From contig JBHGNT010000003.1 of assembly GCA_043228905.1 (NCBI GenBank), positions 2,108,001 to 2,172,000 on the forward strand: a DNA stretch of 64,000 bases. Reading direction: 5' to 3'. The DNA is from Azolla caroliniana. Taxonomy: Eukaryota; Plantae; Polypodiophyta. Shown in pieces: positions 23,831 through 36,464 of this stretch; position 1 is the first letter of the stretch, and each line of letters opens with the position of its first letter. A program made the translations under genes and the position numbers. The notes under the pieces are model-generated. The model was not told where the DNA came from. It saw only the letters and a list, made by a program, of their open reading frames with translations, and did not search any database.

Positions 23831-25200
23831 GCATATGAGCTAATTGTAGAATATTATGTGGTATTTTTCTCTAAAATGTATGTTTGACTTGTAGCATACG
23901 TCATTTGATTATGAAAAATGCTACTGTTTGTAATCTATCATCACATAATTATCCTTAATGATCAGTCATTCGTCACCAATGAAATCTAAAAGGCATATTG
24001 TCATGCGAATATTTATTATCTAACCATAGCATCGCATAGGTGTTCCATAACATCACAACTTTAGATGCTTCAAATAAAAACTATAATCTACATAGAGGAA
24101 AGAAAATCACATGGAGTTAACAGTGAAAGAGGTTGTTGTTAATGCATGGATTGCTCAACAGAATCAACTATGATGTTTATTAGAACTTTTAGACCATGAT
24201 TGCACTCAAAATTTGATGTTGAACATCCTAATCAACCGTTATTAATCCTGTGGGTGAGACCAAGTCCCCACAGTGTAGTCATTCGGAAGTTTACAATACA
24301 AATACCTTTTAGTCCAATAGTAAGAATACCACATTACTTTTGAACGTAGTACCACATCATCATAATGCTTCCACACTATTTGAAAAGATGCATTGACCAT
24401 TTACTAGGATGATACAATGTTTGTGATGTCAAAAATAACATTTTTTGAGAAATAGGAATTATGATTTTAAATATTATGAAGTGAAGAGCCATGAGAACTT
24501 GGTGTATGAAATCTTGATTCCCTAATATGAATGTAAAACTTTGTACACAACGGCAAAGAGAAATCAACCACCTCGACCCTACAATGTGTTTACTAACATC
24601 TATTACTGCGACGAACAAAGCAGTGGACCCCATGATTTTGGCAAGCCGACAAGTGGGAACCTTCCCATCAAGGATGCCAATTACCTCTTTGTAAAGTGTC
24701 ATGAATTCATCAATGATAACACAACAATTATGATAATAGTACTATATCATGATCATCATCATGTCATAGTAGACCCACTTGATGAAGATATCTTTGTCTT
24801 TGTAACATATTCACTAGTTTTAGTATCCCTCTACCCAGCTACCTTCTTACAAGGTACCCACCTCCTCATGGATAGATAGGTATCATCTCAAACAATGTGA
24901 AACTGTAAAGGGGACCTTTTGGATATTTCAAGGTTTTTCCCTTTGTTTTTTCAACAATACAAGATAAGCCACCCCCCATGCAAACAAAGCAACAAAACTT
25001 AAGATGTCTCCAAACTCTAAAAACCTAACATATACCAATGAATGGGTCATGATTCATCAACATGATATCTCAGAACTAAATACTACCTAGATTAGGAGTC
25101 TCCCATCACCTAGTTTATTGTGTGAAGAAAGTATCAAGTTTGTGCCAAGAAGAAGAAGAAGCAGAAGAAGAGAAAGAAAAAGATGAAGAAAAAGAAGAAG

Positions 25201-26320
25201 ATGGTGATTCATAAGGCCTCCCATGGGAAACATATGACACAACATTTACATCTGTATAGTCCCACCCCTACTATATGCATAAATTCAACATTGAACAACT
25301 TAATCAACTCAATCTCAACCCAGAAGAATGGAAAGTCTACATAGAGAAAGACATCAAGAAGGCTGAACACAAATCTACCCTCAAAAAAAGTAAAGTGATT
25401 GGGTTTGTTCCACATACACTGTTCGAGGTGAAGCCCCAATCATATTGGCCCTCAATCTTGACCATCGGTCCATTGTATCAAAACCTCGAGCTTTCCCCTA
25501 TGGATAGATGTAAGGCCCTTTGCGTGAAAAATTCATGGATCGACATCATTGGAATATCAAATGTGGGAGAGATCATGAAAGAACTAATCCCCGGCCCCCA
25601 TTAACTCAGCAACATCTGTTTCGGCCTCCTTACATACAACATTGAGTCCCTCGGACTTCTGGTTACTGTTAATACCATCTTCATTCTACCGAGCTGCGAA
25701 AACCTACTAGTCAAAGTAGATCCTTGCAACTCCCCAACATTCTGAAGGGAAGAAAAAAGAGCAAGAAGAAAGCTTGCCAGCCTTCCGGCCTCCTATCGGC
25801 ATGTGAGCTCTCGAAAGCCGGCATCCGATTCAAGGCTCATGAAGGTAACACATCGGTGATCAAGTACCACGAGAGAAAATGCTGGCTCAATCTTCCACGG
25901 CTTGTTGTGTTTGATGGCACAGAGGATATCCTGAGGAACCTCATTGCACATGAACAAACCTCCAAAGAAGGAGGTGAGGTTTGTGGATATGCCATCATCA
26001 TGGACTCACTCATCGACACGCAAGAAGATATCGCCATTTTGACTCGGGCCAAAATATTAGAGAACAACCTCGGCTGCGACGAGAGGTTAGTCCAGCTGTG
26101 GAATGACATGTGCATCAACATCTCAGAGGAATCATACACAAGGATTTGGGGAAACATGATCAAAGAGATAATGGAACACCACAGGATCCATTGGCATGTC
26201 TTGGATGTGGAGTTTCGTGCACAGTTTTGTTCTCAACCATGATTATGGATGTTGGCCATGGCTGTGGTGATACTTCTCATCCTTTCATTATTGCAGACAA
26301 CCTTTACAATTTTAGGTTAA
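25201..26320 (+). pseudogene. DUF247 copy 3 (frameshifts, central deletion)
   Basis: ORF pieces 25275-25604 and 25724-26242 carry DUF247 motifs; TGA replaces W in PW. Confidence 0.9.
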
Positions 26321-28168
26321 AATATCCTAATCCTGATCCCTTGTTCTAGTAGAGACACTCCTTGGATGTTAGAATCAAATCTGTTGGATTGATGGCATTG
26401 CTAGGTTTAAATATCCTAATCCAGATCCCTTGTTCCAGTAGAAAAGCTCATTGGATGTTAGAACCAACTCTGTTGGATTGAAGGCATATGAGCTAATTGT
26501 AGAATATCATGTGGTATTTTCCTCTAAGATGTCTGTTTGTCTTGTAGCATATGCCATTTGATTATGACATATGTTTGTCTTGTACCAATGAATCTAAAAG
26601 ACACATTCTCACGCGAATAATCTTTAAATCTGTAGCCATGACTTGGCATAGGCATTCAATAACATCACAACTTAAGGGAAGTTAGATAGATACCTGAACC
26701 AAAAGTTATAACCTAGATCAAGTCCACAAAATCACAAGGATATGACGACAAAAGAGGTGGATGTTAATGCATGGATTGCCCAACTTTGCTTGCACAAAAA
26801 ATTTTGATGTTGAAAATCCAAATCAATCTTCATTAATACTCTAGGTGAGAGCAATCCCCCACTGATGCAGAACTTTATAATGTATTATTGTTAGAAAGAA
26901 AATTGGAGGTTAGAACTTTGGCTATCCCACGATGTTCCCATTTGAATCTCACAATGCAATATCTTGAACTCCAATAATAAGAGTATGCCATTAATTTAGG
27001 ACATAAATTTTGAACGTGGTAGCATATCATCATTATGTTGCCATGTGTTGTATGCTCAACATCTAAAACAATATCTTTGAGAAATAGGCGTGAGAATTTT
27101 AAAAATAATGAAGTAGGAGCTTCTTGATGCATTTATGTTTCAAGAGCAATGGGAACCTGGTGTATAAAATCTTGATTCCATAATATCAGTGTAAAACTTC
27201 CTAGTTAATGGTAAAAGAAATCAACCTTTCATTCATAGGTGAGCACCTTGACCATACATATGTTTCCTTCCATGATACATCTATTAATGCGATGAACAAA
27301 GTAATCCTAGCGGACCCCATGATTTTGGCAAGCCAAGAACTCCTAGCCTTCCCATGGAGGATGCGAATTACCTTTTTGTAAAGTCTCATATATCCATCAA
27401 TGATAAAACTCGAATTATGATAACAATACCATATCATGATCACCATCTCATAGTAGACCCACCCGATCACAACATATTTGTCTTTATAACATATCCCCTA
27501 GTTTTAGTATTCCTTGGCATAAGGTTGACTAATATCATATTTGGTTCTACTGTCTACACACATCTCTCTACCTCGCTACCTACTTATAAGCTACTTACCT
27601 ACTCATAAAGAGTTAGTTACACTTTAAGAGTTAGTTACACTTTATTATTGTCCTTGCAAATATGACCTAGGGTATCATCTCAAATAAAGTGAAACCATAA
27701 AGTAAACCTTTTGCATATTTCAACGTTTTCCCCTTTGTTTTTCAGTTATACTTGATCCATGGGGTGCCATACACCTCATATACACCTCCAATCTCTAAAA
27801 ACCCAATAGATACCAATGAATGGTTCATGAATCATCAACATTATATCTCAGAACCAAATACTACTTAGATTAGGAGTCTTCCATTCCCTAGTGTGTTGTG
27901 CCAAGAAAGTAAAGTACCAAAGTTTGTGTCAACAAGAAGAAGAAAATGATGATGATGATAGAGACAGGGCCAAAACTTGAGACAACTCCAATCTCTAAAA
28001 ACTGAATAAATACCAATGAATGGTTCATGAATCATCAACATCATATCTCAGAACTAAATGCTACTTAGATTAGGAGTCTTTCATCCCCTAGTGTATTGTG
28101 CCAAGAAAGTAAAATACTAAAGTTTGTGTCAACAACAAGGGAAGAAGAAGAAGAAGAAGAAGAAGAAG

Positions 28169-28745
28169 ATGATGACTCATAAGGCCTCCCATAGGAAACA
28201 AATGGCACAACATCTACATCCATATTATCCCATCCCTACTATCCATAACTTTCCTATTGCACAACTTCATCAAACCAAACCTTAAGCCAGAAGAATTGAA
28301 ATACTACATTAAGGCTGAACACAAATGTACGTTCCTAAAACATAAAGTGATCGGGTTTGTCCCTAGGGCATTGTTCGAGGTGAAGCCACACTCATATTGC
28401 TCGCAGATCCAAGTTAAAACGTTGAGTCCCTTCAACTTTTGGTCAATGTTGATACTATCTTCATTCACGAATTCTTGATGTTAAAAGAGTGGATACTTGT
28501 ACACCTTCATCAACAATGAAATTATGAAATCCCAAATATGGAGGGACTTGCTGCTGATAGGCAACCAGATTCCCATGTCATTTCTAAAGAAAATTATAAA
28601 TATCCCGAAAGAGAAAAAGGAAATGATAAATATCCCAAATGAATTTCTTGACTTCATAGAGAAAGATCTGGACCTGGAATGCTTGAAGCTTTTTATTTCG
28701 GACGATCCATTCCTGATGGGCAGGTTTCGTGAATGGGAGGATAAT
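28169..28745 (+). pseudogene. DUF247 copy 4, deleted and 3'-truncated
   Basis: VIGFVPRALFEVKPHSYC and WRDLLLIGNQIP; nearly identical to the inverted copy at 43722-44258. Confidence 0.85.
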
Positions 28746-28809
28746 TTTAAACCTCTAGGCTCTAACTTATTAAATTTTATATACATTATAAGTAGAGTGT
28801 CCTTTTGAT

Positions 28810-29113
28810 GTATGATTATCAAATTTATTGTAAGTATAATGACCAAAATTATAATATGTATGATGACTAAATTTATGATAGGTATGATGACCAAAATTAT
28901 AATAAGTATGATAACTAAATTTATGATAAGTATAATGACCAAATTTATGATAATTTTCTCACATAGATTCATAATATGTATGATAATCAATATCTCAAAA
29001 AAATGATTTGGTTTGGTTTTGATTTATGATAAACCGGTTTGGTTTGGTTCTAAAATTTTCGTAAACAGTTTGGTTTGGTTTCAAGGCCAAGAAACCGAAC
29101 CGGGCCCATTGCT
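28810..29113. repeat. 21-bp minisatellite (ATGACCAAATTTATGATAAGT)n followed by GGTTT/AAACC subterminal repeats of a probable hAT-like MITE end
   Basis: About 8 degenerate 21-mers, then TTTGGTTTGG arrays ending CCCATTGCTA. Confidence 0.7.
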
Positions 29114-30135
29114 ATGATATAGCTCCACTGCCCAGGGAGAAGACGAATCCCGATGTTGACCGCTTGTCAGCTTTATAGCCAACCCAATCGACATTGGTGT
29201 ACCCCTCAAGTCGAATCGGTGTGACTAATTTGTAGTGAATGCCAAAATCCATTGTCCCACTTACATAGCGTAATACTCGCTTAATGTAGTCCAGGTGAGT
29301 GTTTCATGGTGTTTGCATAAATTGGCTAAGTAGGCCAGCTGTGTAGTTGAGGTCAGGCCGAGTAATAGTGAGATGGCAAAGGCTTCCAACTAGCTAACGA
29401 TAGAGAGGTGGATCACACTCTTTTGTGCCAGAATTGGCATCAAGCCTTAGATTTTGATCAAGAGGGGTAATGATGGGCTTACACTCTATTATCCCAAACT
29501 TGTAATTTAGAAGATTGAGAATATAGTGAGATTGGGACTCCGAATTACTTCTATTCCTAGAAAGTAATGGAGTTCCTTCATGTCTTTCATTTCGGATCGG
29601 CTAGAGAGACTCTGCTTTTTTATATGATCGATATCTGCTAAACGCTCTCCTCCAATAACCAAGTCATCCACATATATTATGATAAATACTTGTCTTTTGG
29701 AGTCACTCTAGATGAACAACTAGTTGTGGGACTTGGACATTTTGAAGCTGATTTGTTGAAGATAATGGGTTATCTTCGAATGCCATGCTCTCGGTGCCTG
29801 CTTGAGACTGTAGAGAGGCCTTTTGAGTCAGCAAAGAATCGTCAGATGCGCACTCAACTCGAATACGAGTGGTTGTACCATTTACACCTCCTCTTCTAAC
29901 TCGTTTTGGAGAAAGGCATTCTTCACGTCCATTTGGTGGAGGCGCACCCTTTGGTTGTTGCAAGCATGATCATGGTTCGAATGGTTGTCATCTTTCTTAT
30001 CGTGGCAAAGGTCTCTTCATAATCGACCCCATGCGTTTATGCATAGCCCTTTGCCACAAGCCAGGCCTTATACCGATTGACGGTGCCGTTGGCATTGTGC
30101 TTCACCTTGAATATCCACCGACACCCCATTTCTAT

Positions 30136-30188
<53 letters not shown>

Positions 30189-31797
30189 GTGATTTCGGCA
30201 AATTTTTCGATTGGGTTAGATTGATCTGAGTCGACTATGTACAAGGATGCTGATTCGTCGAATACAACATCCCTACTCACTTGTACCTTCTTAATAGAGG
30301 GATTGAAGCACTTATACCCTTTTTGTTCGAGCAAGTACCCCACAAGGATACATTTTTGCGATTTAGGATCAAGCTTCTCCCACTTCTCGTTGGGAATATG
30401 TACATACGTGATCGAGCTGAATATCATGATGTGGGATAGGTTCGGCTTCTTTCCATATAACTTCGCATGGGGGGTGACATCATGCACTCTAGATGTTGTG
30501 CACCAATTCATTAGATAGATGGCTGTGTTCGCCACTTCAGCCCAATATGATTTCGGCAAATTTTTCTAATTCATCATTGCTCTTGCCACCTCCAATATGT
30601 GCCGATTTTTCCTTTTGGCTACTCCATTTTGTTGAGGTGTGTGTTGGAAAGAAAACTCCCTCCGAATTCCTTCTTGTCGGAGGTATGTTGTGAAGGCGTC
30701 TGAGAAATACTCTTTGCCTTCGTTTGATCAAAGGCATTGGACATGCTGACCAGTTGCCTTTTTGACTTCGTTTTTGAATTATTGGAAGTCACGCGAGAAC
30801 ACTGAACTCTTTTGCCGCATTAGGAATATCTAGGTGTGCCTGGAGAAGTCATCGATGAATGTTACATAGTAACGACAACCACCGAATGTTGCCGTTTGGG
30901 CTCGTCCCCATACATATGAATGTATTACATACAGGATCCCTTTACTCACGTTTCTCTCTTTCGGGAATGGTTGACGATGTTGTTTATCGAATTGGTAGGC
31001 TTCGCATACACCCGTAATCTCCTTGTTCGTAGAGTTGGGAGTCTGATGATGACTCCTTTCAACTGTATTCCTTTGAGCTTTTGGAGATTAATATGGCCAT
31101 TTCTTTTGTGTCATAGCTCTATGCCAACATCGGCTTTTTGGCCCTTGGCAAACATCGCTGATTTCATCTTGTGAGAATCGAGGATGAACATTCGGCCTTT
31201 TGTTTATCTGCGAGCGATAATTCGGCCTTCCATTTCGATGAAGCATCCTTTGTCGTTGAAGCAAACATGCATGCCTTGTTCCACAATTTGGCCGACCGAG
31301 ACCAGATTCTTTGTTATCGTTGGAACATGCAAGACATTCTTGATGTAGGTTTGGTTGTCCTCTTCTCCGAAAGGGACATTATCGATATGCTGAATAGGGT
31401 GAGTGGTGTCATCCCCTATTTCCACATAGCCAGGTTTTAGTTCTTGAAACCAATCTTTATGATATGTCATGTGATTGGATGCAGCCAAGTCGATAAACCA
31501 TACATTTTCTAAGTTGGAGGTGCTTGGTAGGCACAATGCCGTCATCGAATTCGCTTTATTCCACATCATGAACATTTCTCCACGATCGCCGTAGTCGAAA
31601 TTTGAGGCGTAGTTGGTGAGTTGTCGGCTTGTGAAGATTGATAATCATTCACTTTTCTTTTTCAGATACTCTGCCTCGTCGTGGCTGAATTTGCCACAGT
31701 ATCCGCATTGGGTGGAGTTCTTTTGTCGGCTAGGTCCGGCATGATTCCTCCCCCTTCTTCCAAACGTTCCACCTCGCGTGTTTGAAACATCCTACCG
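29110..31797 (-). mobile_element. Decayed Ty1/copia internal region (gag knuckle-PR-IN-RT-RH), no LTRs seen
   Basis: CGYCGKFSH, WFIDLAASNHM, NVLHVPTITKNLVSVGQ, YWAEVANTA, KLDPKSQKCILVGY, YVDD-like motif, KRSTSG; many stops. Confidence 0.9.
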
Positions 31798-32376
31798 GTA
31801 ATAGAAGTTTTTGGTGTCTTGTTTATCAAACATCCTTAGTCAAAAACCCCTCCTTTTTCTTTTTCTCCTCTTCTTATTCTATACACTACATCAAAATGCT
31901 CAATTTTGGTATCGTATGTTACATGTGACATCTTCAGTATCTCCCTACCTACTTGATTATCTCTTTATATATGATTGGGTAGCTAGATAGGTAGATTTAT
32001 TATTGTGCTTGCAAATGTGACCTATGTGTTTGCGGGTGAGAATTGTCTAGAAGTATTTGGCCAAATGATAAAAAGTCATGGTCATTTCAAGAAATACTAA
32101 AAAGGCGTTGGGGTACTTCAAGGTGTTTGTCTCTTTTTAGTCACACACCACACACATGGGGTACCCCACACCCCACACCTCACATGCAAACAAAGAACAA
32201 TTTGAAGAGTTGTTTGAACTCTTCAGCCCTAATATAGACCCACGAAACGTTCATGAATGATCTAACATATCTAAGAATTATCTACTAGCTAAAGAAAACT
32301 CCATTCACAAACAATATTCTGCGAAGAAAATAGTGAGTTTGTGTAACAAGAGGAGAAGAAGAAGAAGAAGAAGCAA

Positions 32377-33978
32377 ATGGCACAACATCTACACCCATAT
32401 TATCCCATCCCAACTATCCATAACTTTCCCATTGAGCAACTTCATCAAACCAACCTCAACCCAAAAGAATGGGAAAACTACATGGAGAAAGAGATCGAGA
32501 AGGCTGAACACAAATTTACGTTTCAAAAACATAAAGTGATCGGGTTTGTTCCGCGTGCACTATTCGAGGTGAAGCCACAATCATATTGCCCACGGATTCT
32601 GACCATCGGCCCTTTGTATCAAAACCTTGAGCCTTCCCCTATGGATAGATACAAGGCCCTATGTGTGAAGAAATTCATGGAAAGACATCAGATATTAAAC
32701 GTGGGAGTGATCATTGAAGAACTCATCCCCGACTCCCATGAACTCAGCAACATCTATTTCGGCCTCCCGACTTACAAGTTTGAGTCCATGAGACTTCTGG
32801 TCGCTGTTGATACCGTCTTAATTCACGAATTCTTGCTGTTCTTGAGGGAGGATTACCCTCACTCCCAAGATAAGAAGAAGAGTGCGTACTTGTACACCTT
32901 CATCAGCAATGAAATTACGTTATCCCAAATATGGAGGGACTTACTGCTGGTAGGCAACCAGATTCCCATGTCATTCCTAAAGAAAATTATAAACATCCCA
33001 GAGGAATTAGCCGACTTCACAGAGAATGATCTCCTGAAATGCTTGGGTTATTTTGTTTGGGTAAACGATCCATTCCTCATGGGCAGGTCGCATGAAACAA
33101 ATCCAACGCAAGGAGGCAAAAATCTTCTTAACTGTCAGCATCTACTCGATTGCCTATATGTTTCGTGCACAGAAGGATCATCGCAACATTCTCCGGAGTT
33201 GCAAAAATCTACACAGCTGCGAAAATCTAATGAGCCCCAAAAATCTACGGAGCCGGTAAAAACTATGGAGGTGCAAATATCTACGAAGCCAGAAAAATCT
33301 ATAAATCGAAGTAGATGCTTGCAACTCACGAACATTCTACTAGGGGGATGGAAAAAGAGGAAAATGTACACTGCCAGCCTCCCCAAGACAACTGGACACT
33401 CTAAACCGGGCACCAGTTCCAACTGGGGATGGAAAAAGAGGAACAATCACGGTGGCCGCCTCCAGCCAGCATCTGAGCTCATTAAAGGTGGCATCCGATT
33501 CAAGGCTTGTGAAGGTAACACATCGGTGATCAAGTATCGCAAGAGCAAAAGTTGGCTCTATCTTCCACGGCTTGTTGTGTATGATGGCACAGAGGATATC
33601 TTGAGGAACCTCATTGCTCATGAACAAACCTCCAAAGAAGGAGGTGAGGTTTGTGGATATGCCATGATCATGGACTCACTCATTGACACGCAAGAAGATG
33701 TCGCCATCTTGACTCACGCCAAAGTATTAGAGAACCACCTGGGGAGCGACGAGAGGTTAGTCCAGATGTGGAATGACCTGTGCATCAACACCTCGGAGGG
33801 ATCGAATCCTATAAAATTTGAAGGAATCATCAACGAGATAATGGAAGACCATAGGATCCATTGGCATGTCTTGTATGTGGAGTTTCGTGCACAGTTTTGC
33901 TCTCGGCCATGGTTATGGATGATACTTCTCATCCTTGCATTATTGCAGACAATCTATACATTGTTAGATTTTTATTGA
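32377..33978 (+). CDS. DUF247 (UPF0481-like) protein copy 5, 533 aa, uninterrupted ORF
   Basis: All family blocks present: FVPRAL..Y.PRILTIGP, D..LIHE, RDLLLVGNQIP, HLLD, ASEL.KGGIRF, LRNLIAHEQ, MDSLIDT.ED, ENHLGSDE; the C-terminal TM segment is shortened. Confidence 0.9.
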   Translation: MAQHLHPYYPIPTIHNFPIEQLHQTNLNPKEWENYMEKEIEKAEHKFTFQKHKVIGFVPRALFEVKPQSYCPRILTIGPLYQNLEPSPMDRYKALCVKKFMERHQILNVGVIIEELIPDSHELSNIYFGLPTYKFESMRLLVAVDTVLIHEFLLFLREDYPHSQDKKKSAYLYTFISNEITLSQIWRDLLLVGNQIPMSFLKKIINIPEELADFTENDLLKCLGYFVWVNDPFLMGRSHETNPTQGGKNLLNCQHLLDCLYVSCTEGSSQHSPELQKSTQLRKSNEPQKSTEPVKTMEVQISTKPEKSINRSRCLQLTNILLGGWKKRKMYTASLPKTTGHSKPGTSSNWGWKKRNNHGGRLQPASELIKGGIRFKACEGNTSVIKYRKSKSWLYLPRLVVYDGTEDILRNLIAHEQTSKEGGEVCGYAMIMDSLIDTQEDVAILTHAKVLENHLGSDERLVQMWNDLCINTSEGSNPIKFEGIINEIMEDHRIHWHVLYVEFRAQFCSRPWLWMILLILALLQTIYTLLDFY

Positions 33979-34089
33979 AATATCCTAATCCTAATCCCTT
34001 GTTCCAACGGAGAAGCTAATTGGATATTAGAACCAAATCCCTTGCATATGGAGAAACTCATTGTACAATATTATGTGGTATTTTCCTCT

Positions 34090-34234
34090 TATTCTAGAAT
34101 TCTTTTATCTATGTTTATTGTAGTTTTTTTTTTATCTTTCTTTTCGATGATTGGGTACACATCCCGTTTCCTTGTAACCAATTGTCTCATGGGCCAAATT
34201 CTGTCTTCAAAGACATTAATATATCTTTCTTTCT
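34090..34234 (+). mobile_element. ~140-bp 3'-end insertion of the RTE-X-like LINE downstream of copy 5
   Basis: Matches 54553-54700 (CCAATTGTCTCATGGGCCAAATT...TTAATATATCTTTCTTTC); absent from the same position after copies 1, 2, 3, 6 and 9; present inverted at ~45720-45860. Confidence 0.75.
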
Positions 34235-35490
34235 TAGATGTATGTTTACCTTATAGCTTATGTCATTTGATTATGAAAAACACTGTTGTTTTTAATTCAT
34301 CATCACATTATTATTCTTAATGATTAGTCATGCATTACCAATGAATCTAAAAGACATTATCACACGAATAATATTTTCTGTAGCCATAACATGGCATAGA
34401 CATTCAATAACATCCCAACTTTAGGGGATGTTAGATAGATACTTCAACTAAAAATTATAACCTAGATTGATTATAGAAAATGACAAGGAGATGACCACAA
34501 AAGAGATGGACGTTAATGTATGCATATCTCAACAGGCTCCACGATGATATTTATTAGAACTTTTAGACCATGATTGCACACAAAAGTTGATGTTGAACAT
34601 CCTAATGAACCTTCATTAATGTTGTAGGTAAGAACAATCCCCAACTGATGTAGTTATAATCTGTTATTGTTAGAAAGTAAATTGGATCTTCTTGATGCAT
34701 TTTTGTTTCAAGAGCCATGGGAACTTGGTGTATAAAATCTTGATTCCGTAATAAGAATGTAAAACATTCTACTTTATGGCAAAAGAAATCAAATTTTCAT
34801 TCATAGGTGAGCACCTTGACCATATATATGTATACTTACATGGTACATACATTAATGCGATGAACAAAGTAATCCCAATGGACCCCATGATTTTGGCAAG
34901 CCAACAACTCCTAACCTTCCCATCGAGGATGCCTGTTACCTTTTGTAAAGTCTCATAAATCTGTTAACAATAACACTGTAATTATGATAACAATACCATA
35001 TCATGATCTCATCAATGATAATCTCATAGTAGACCCAACAGATCATGACATATTTGTCTTTATAACAATATCCACAAGTTTTAGTATCATTTGGCATAAG
35101 GTTGACTAACATGATTTTTGGTTCTACGTGCGTCCTTGTACGTAGCTACCTACTTACTAGCTAGTTACCTATTGATAAAGAGATAGGTAGACTTTATTAT
35201 TGTCCTCGCAAATATGACCCCAGGGCATCATCTCATGTAAAGTGAAAACATGAAGAAAACCTTTTGCATATTTCAACGTTTACCCCTTTGTTTCCTAGTC
35301 ATACTAGGTCCACGGGGTTACATACACCTCATATGCAAAGAAAGGGGCAAAACTTGAAACAACTCCAAACTCTAAGAACCCAATAAATACCAATGGATGG
35401 CTCATGAATCACCAACATCATATCTCAAAACTAAATACTACCTAGATTAGGAGTCTTCCATCGCCTAGTGTATGGTGTCAAGAAAGTAAA

Positions 35491-36464
35491 GTGGACATGA
35501 AGAAGGCTGAACACAAATCTACCCTCAAAAAAAGTAAAGTGATTGGGTTTGTTCCACATACACTGTTCGAGGTGAAGCCCCAATCATATTGGCCCTCAAT
35601 CTTGACCATCGGTCCATTGTATCAAAACCTCGAGCTTTCCCCTATGGATAGATGTAAGGCCCTTTGCGTGAAAAATTCATGGATCGACATCATTGGAATA
35701 TCAAATGTGGGAGAGATCATGAAAGAACTAATCCCCGGCCCCCATTAACTCAGCAACATCTGTTTCGGCCTCCTTACATACAACATTGAGTCCCTCGGAC
35801 TTCTGGTTACTGTTAATACCATCTTCATTCTACCGAGCTGCGAAAACCTACTAGTCAAAGTAGATCCTTGCAACTCCCCAACATTCTGAAGGGAAGAAAA
35901 AAGAGCAACAAGAAAGCTTGCCAGCCTTCCGGCCTCCTATCGGCATGTGAGCTCTCGAAAGCCGGCATCCGATTCAAGGCTCATGAAGGTAACACATCGG
36001 TGATCAAGTACCACGAGAGAAAATGCTGGCTCAATCTTCCACGGCTTGTTGTGTTTGATGGCACAGAGGATATCCTGAGGAACCTCATTGCACATGAACA
36101 AACCTCCAAAGAAGGAGGTGAGGTTTGTGGATATGCCATGATCATGGACTCACTCATCGACACGCAAGAAGATATCGCCTTCTTGACTCGGGCCAAAATA
36201 TTAGAGAACAACCTCGGCTGCGACGAGAGGTTAGTCCAGCTGTGGAATGACATGTGCATCAACATCTCAGAGGAATCATACACAAGGATTTGGGGAAACA
36301 TGATCAAAGAGATAATGGAACACCACAGGATCCATTGGCATGTCTTGGATGTGGAGTTTCGTGCACAGTTTTGTTCTCAACCATGGTTATGGATGTCGGT
36401 CATGGCTATGGTGATACTTCTCATCCTTTCATTATTGCAGACAACCTTTACAAATTTAGGTTAA
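35491..36464 (+). pseudogene. DUF247 copy 6 (near-identical duplicate of copy 3, 5' end deleted)
   Basis: Same frameshifts and deletion as copy 3; offset 10144 bp. Confidence 0.9.

Noticed and set aside
23484-23900. KYPNPDPLFQ.RSSLD frame after DUF247 stops as a second gene or exon
   Set aside because: Stops at varying positions among copies and no start; treated as 3' UTR repeat.
28481-29006. Ile/Met-rich ORFs
   Set aside because: Artifacts of the 21-bp minisatellite.
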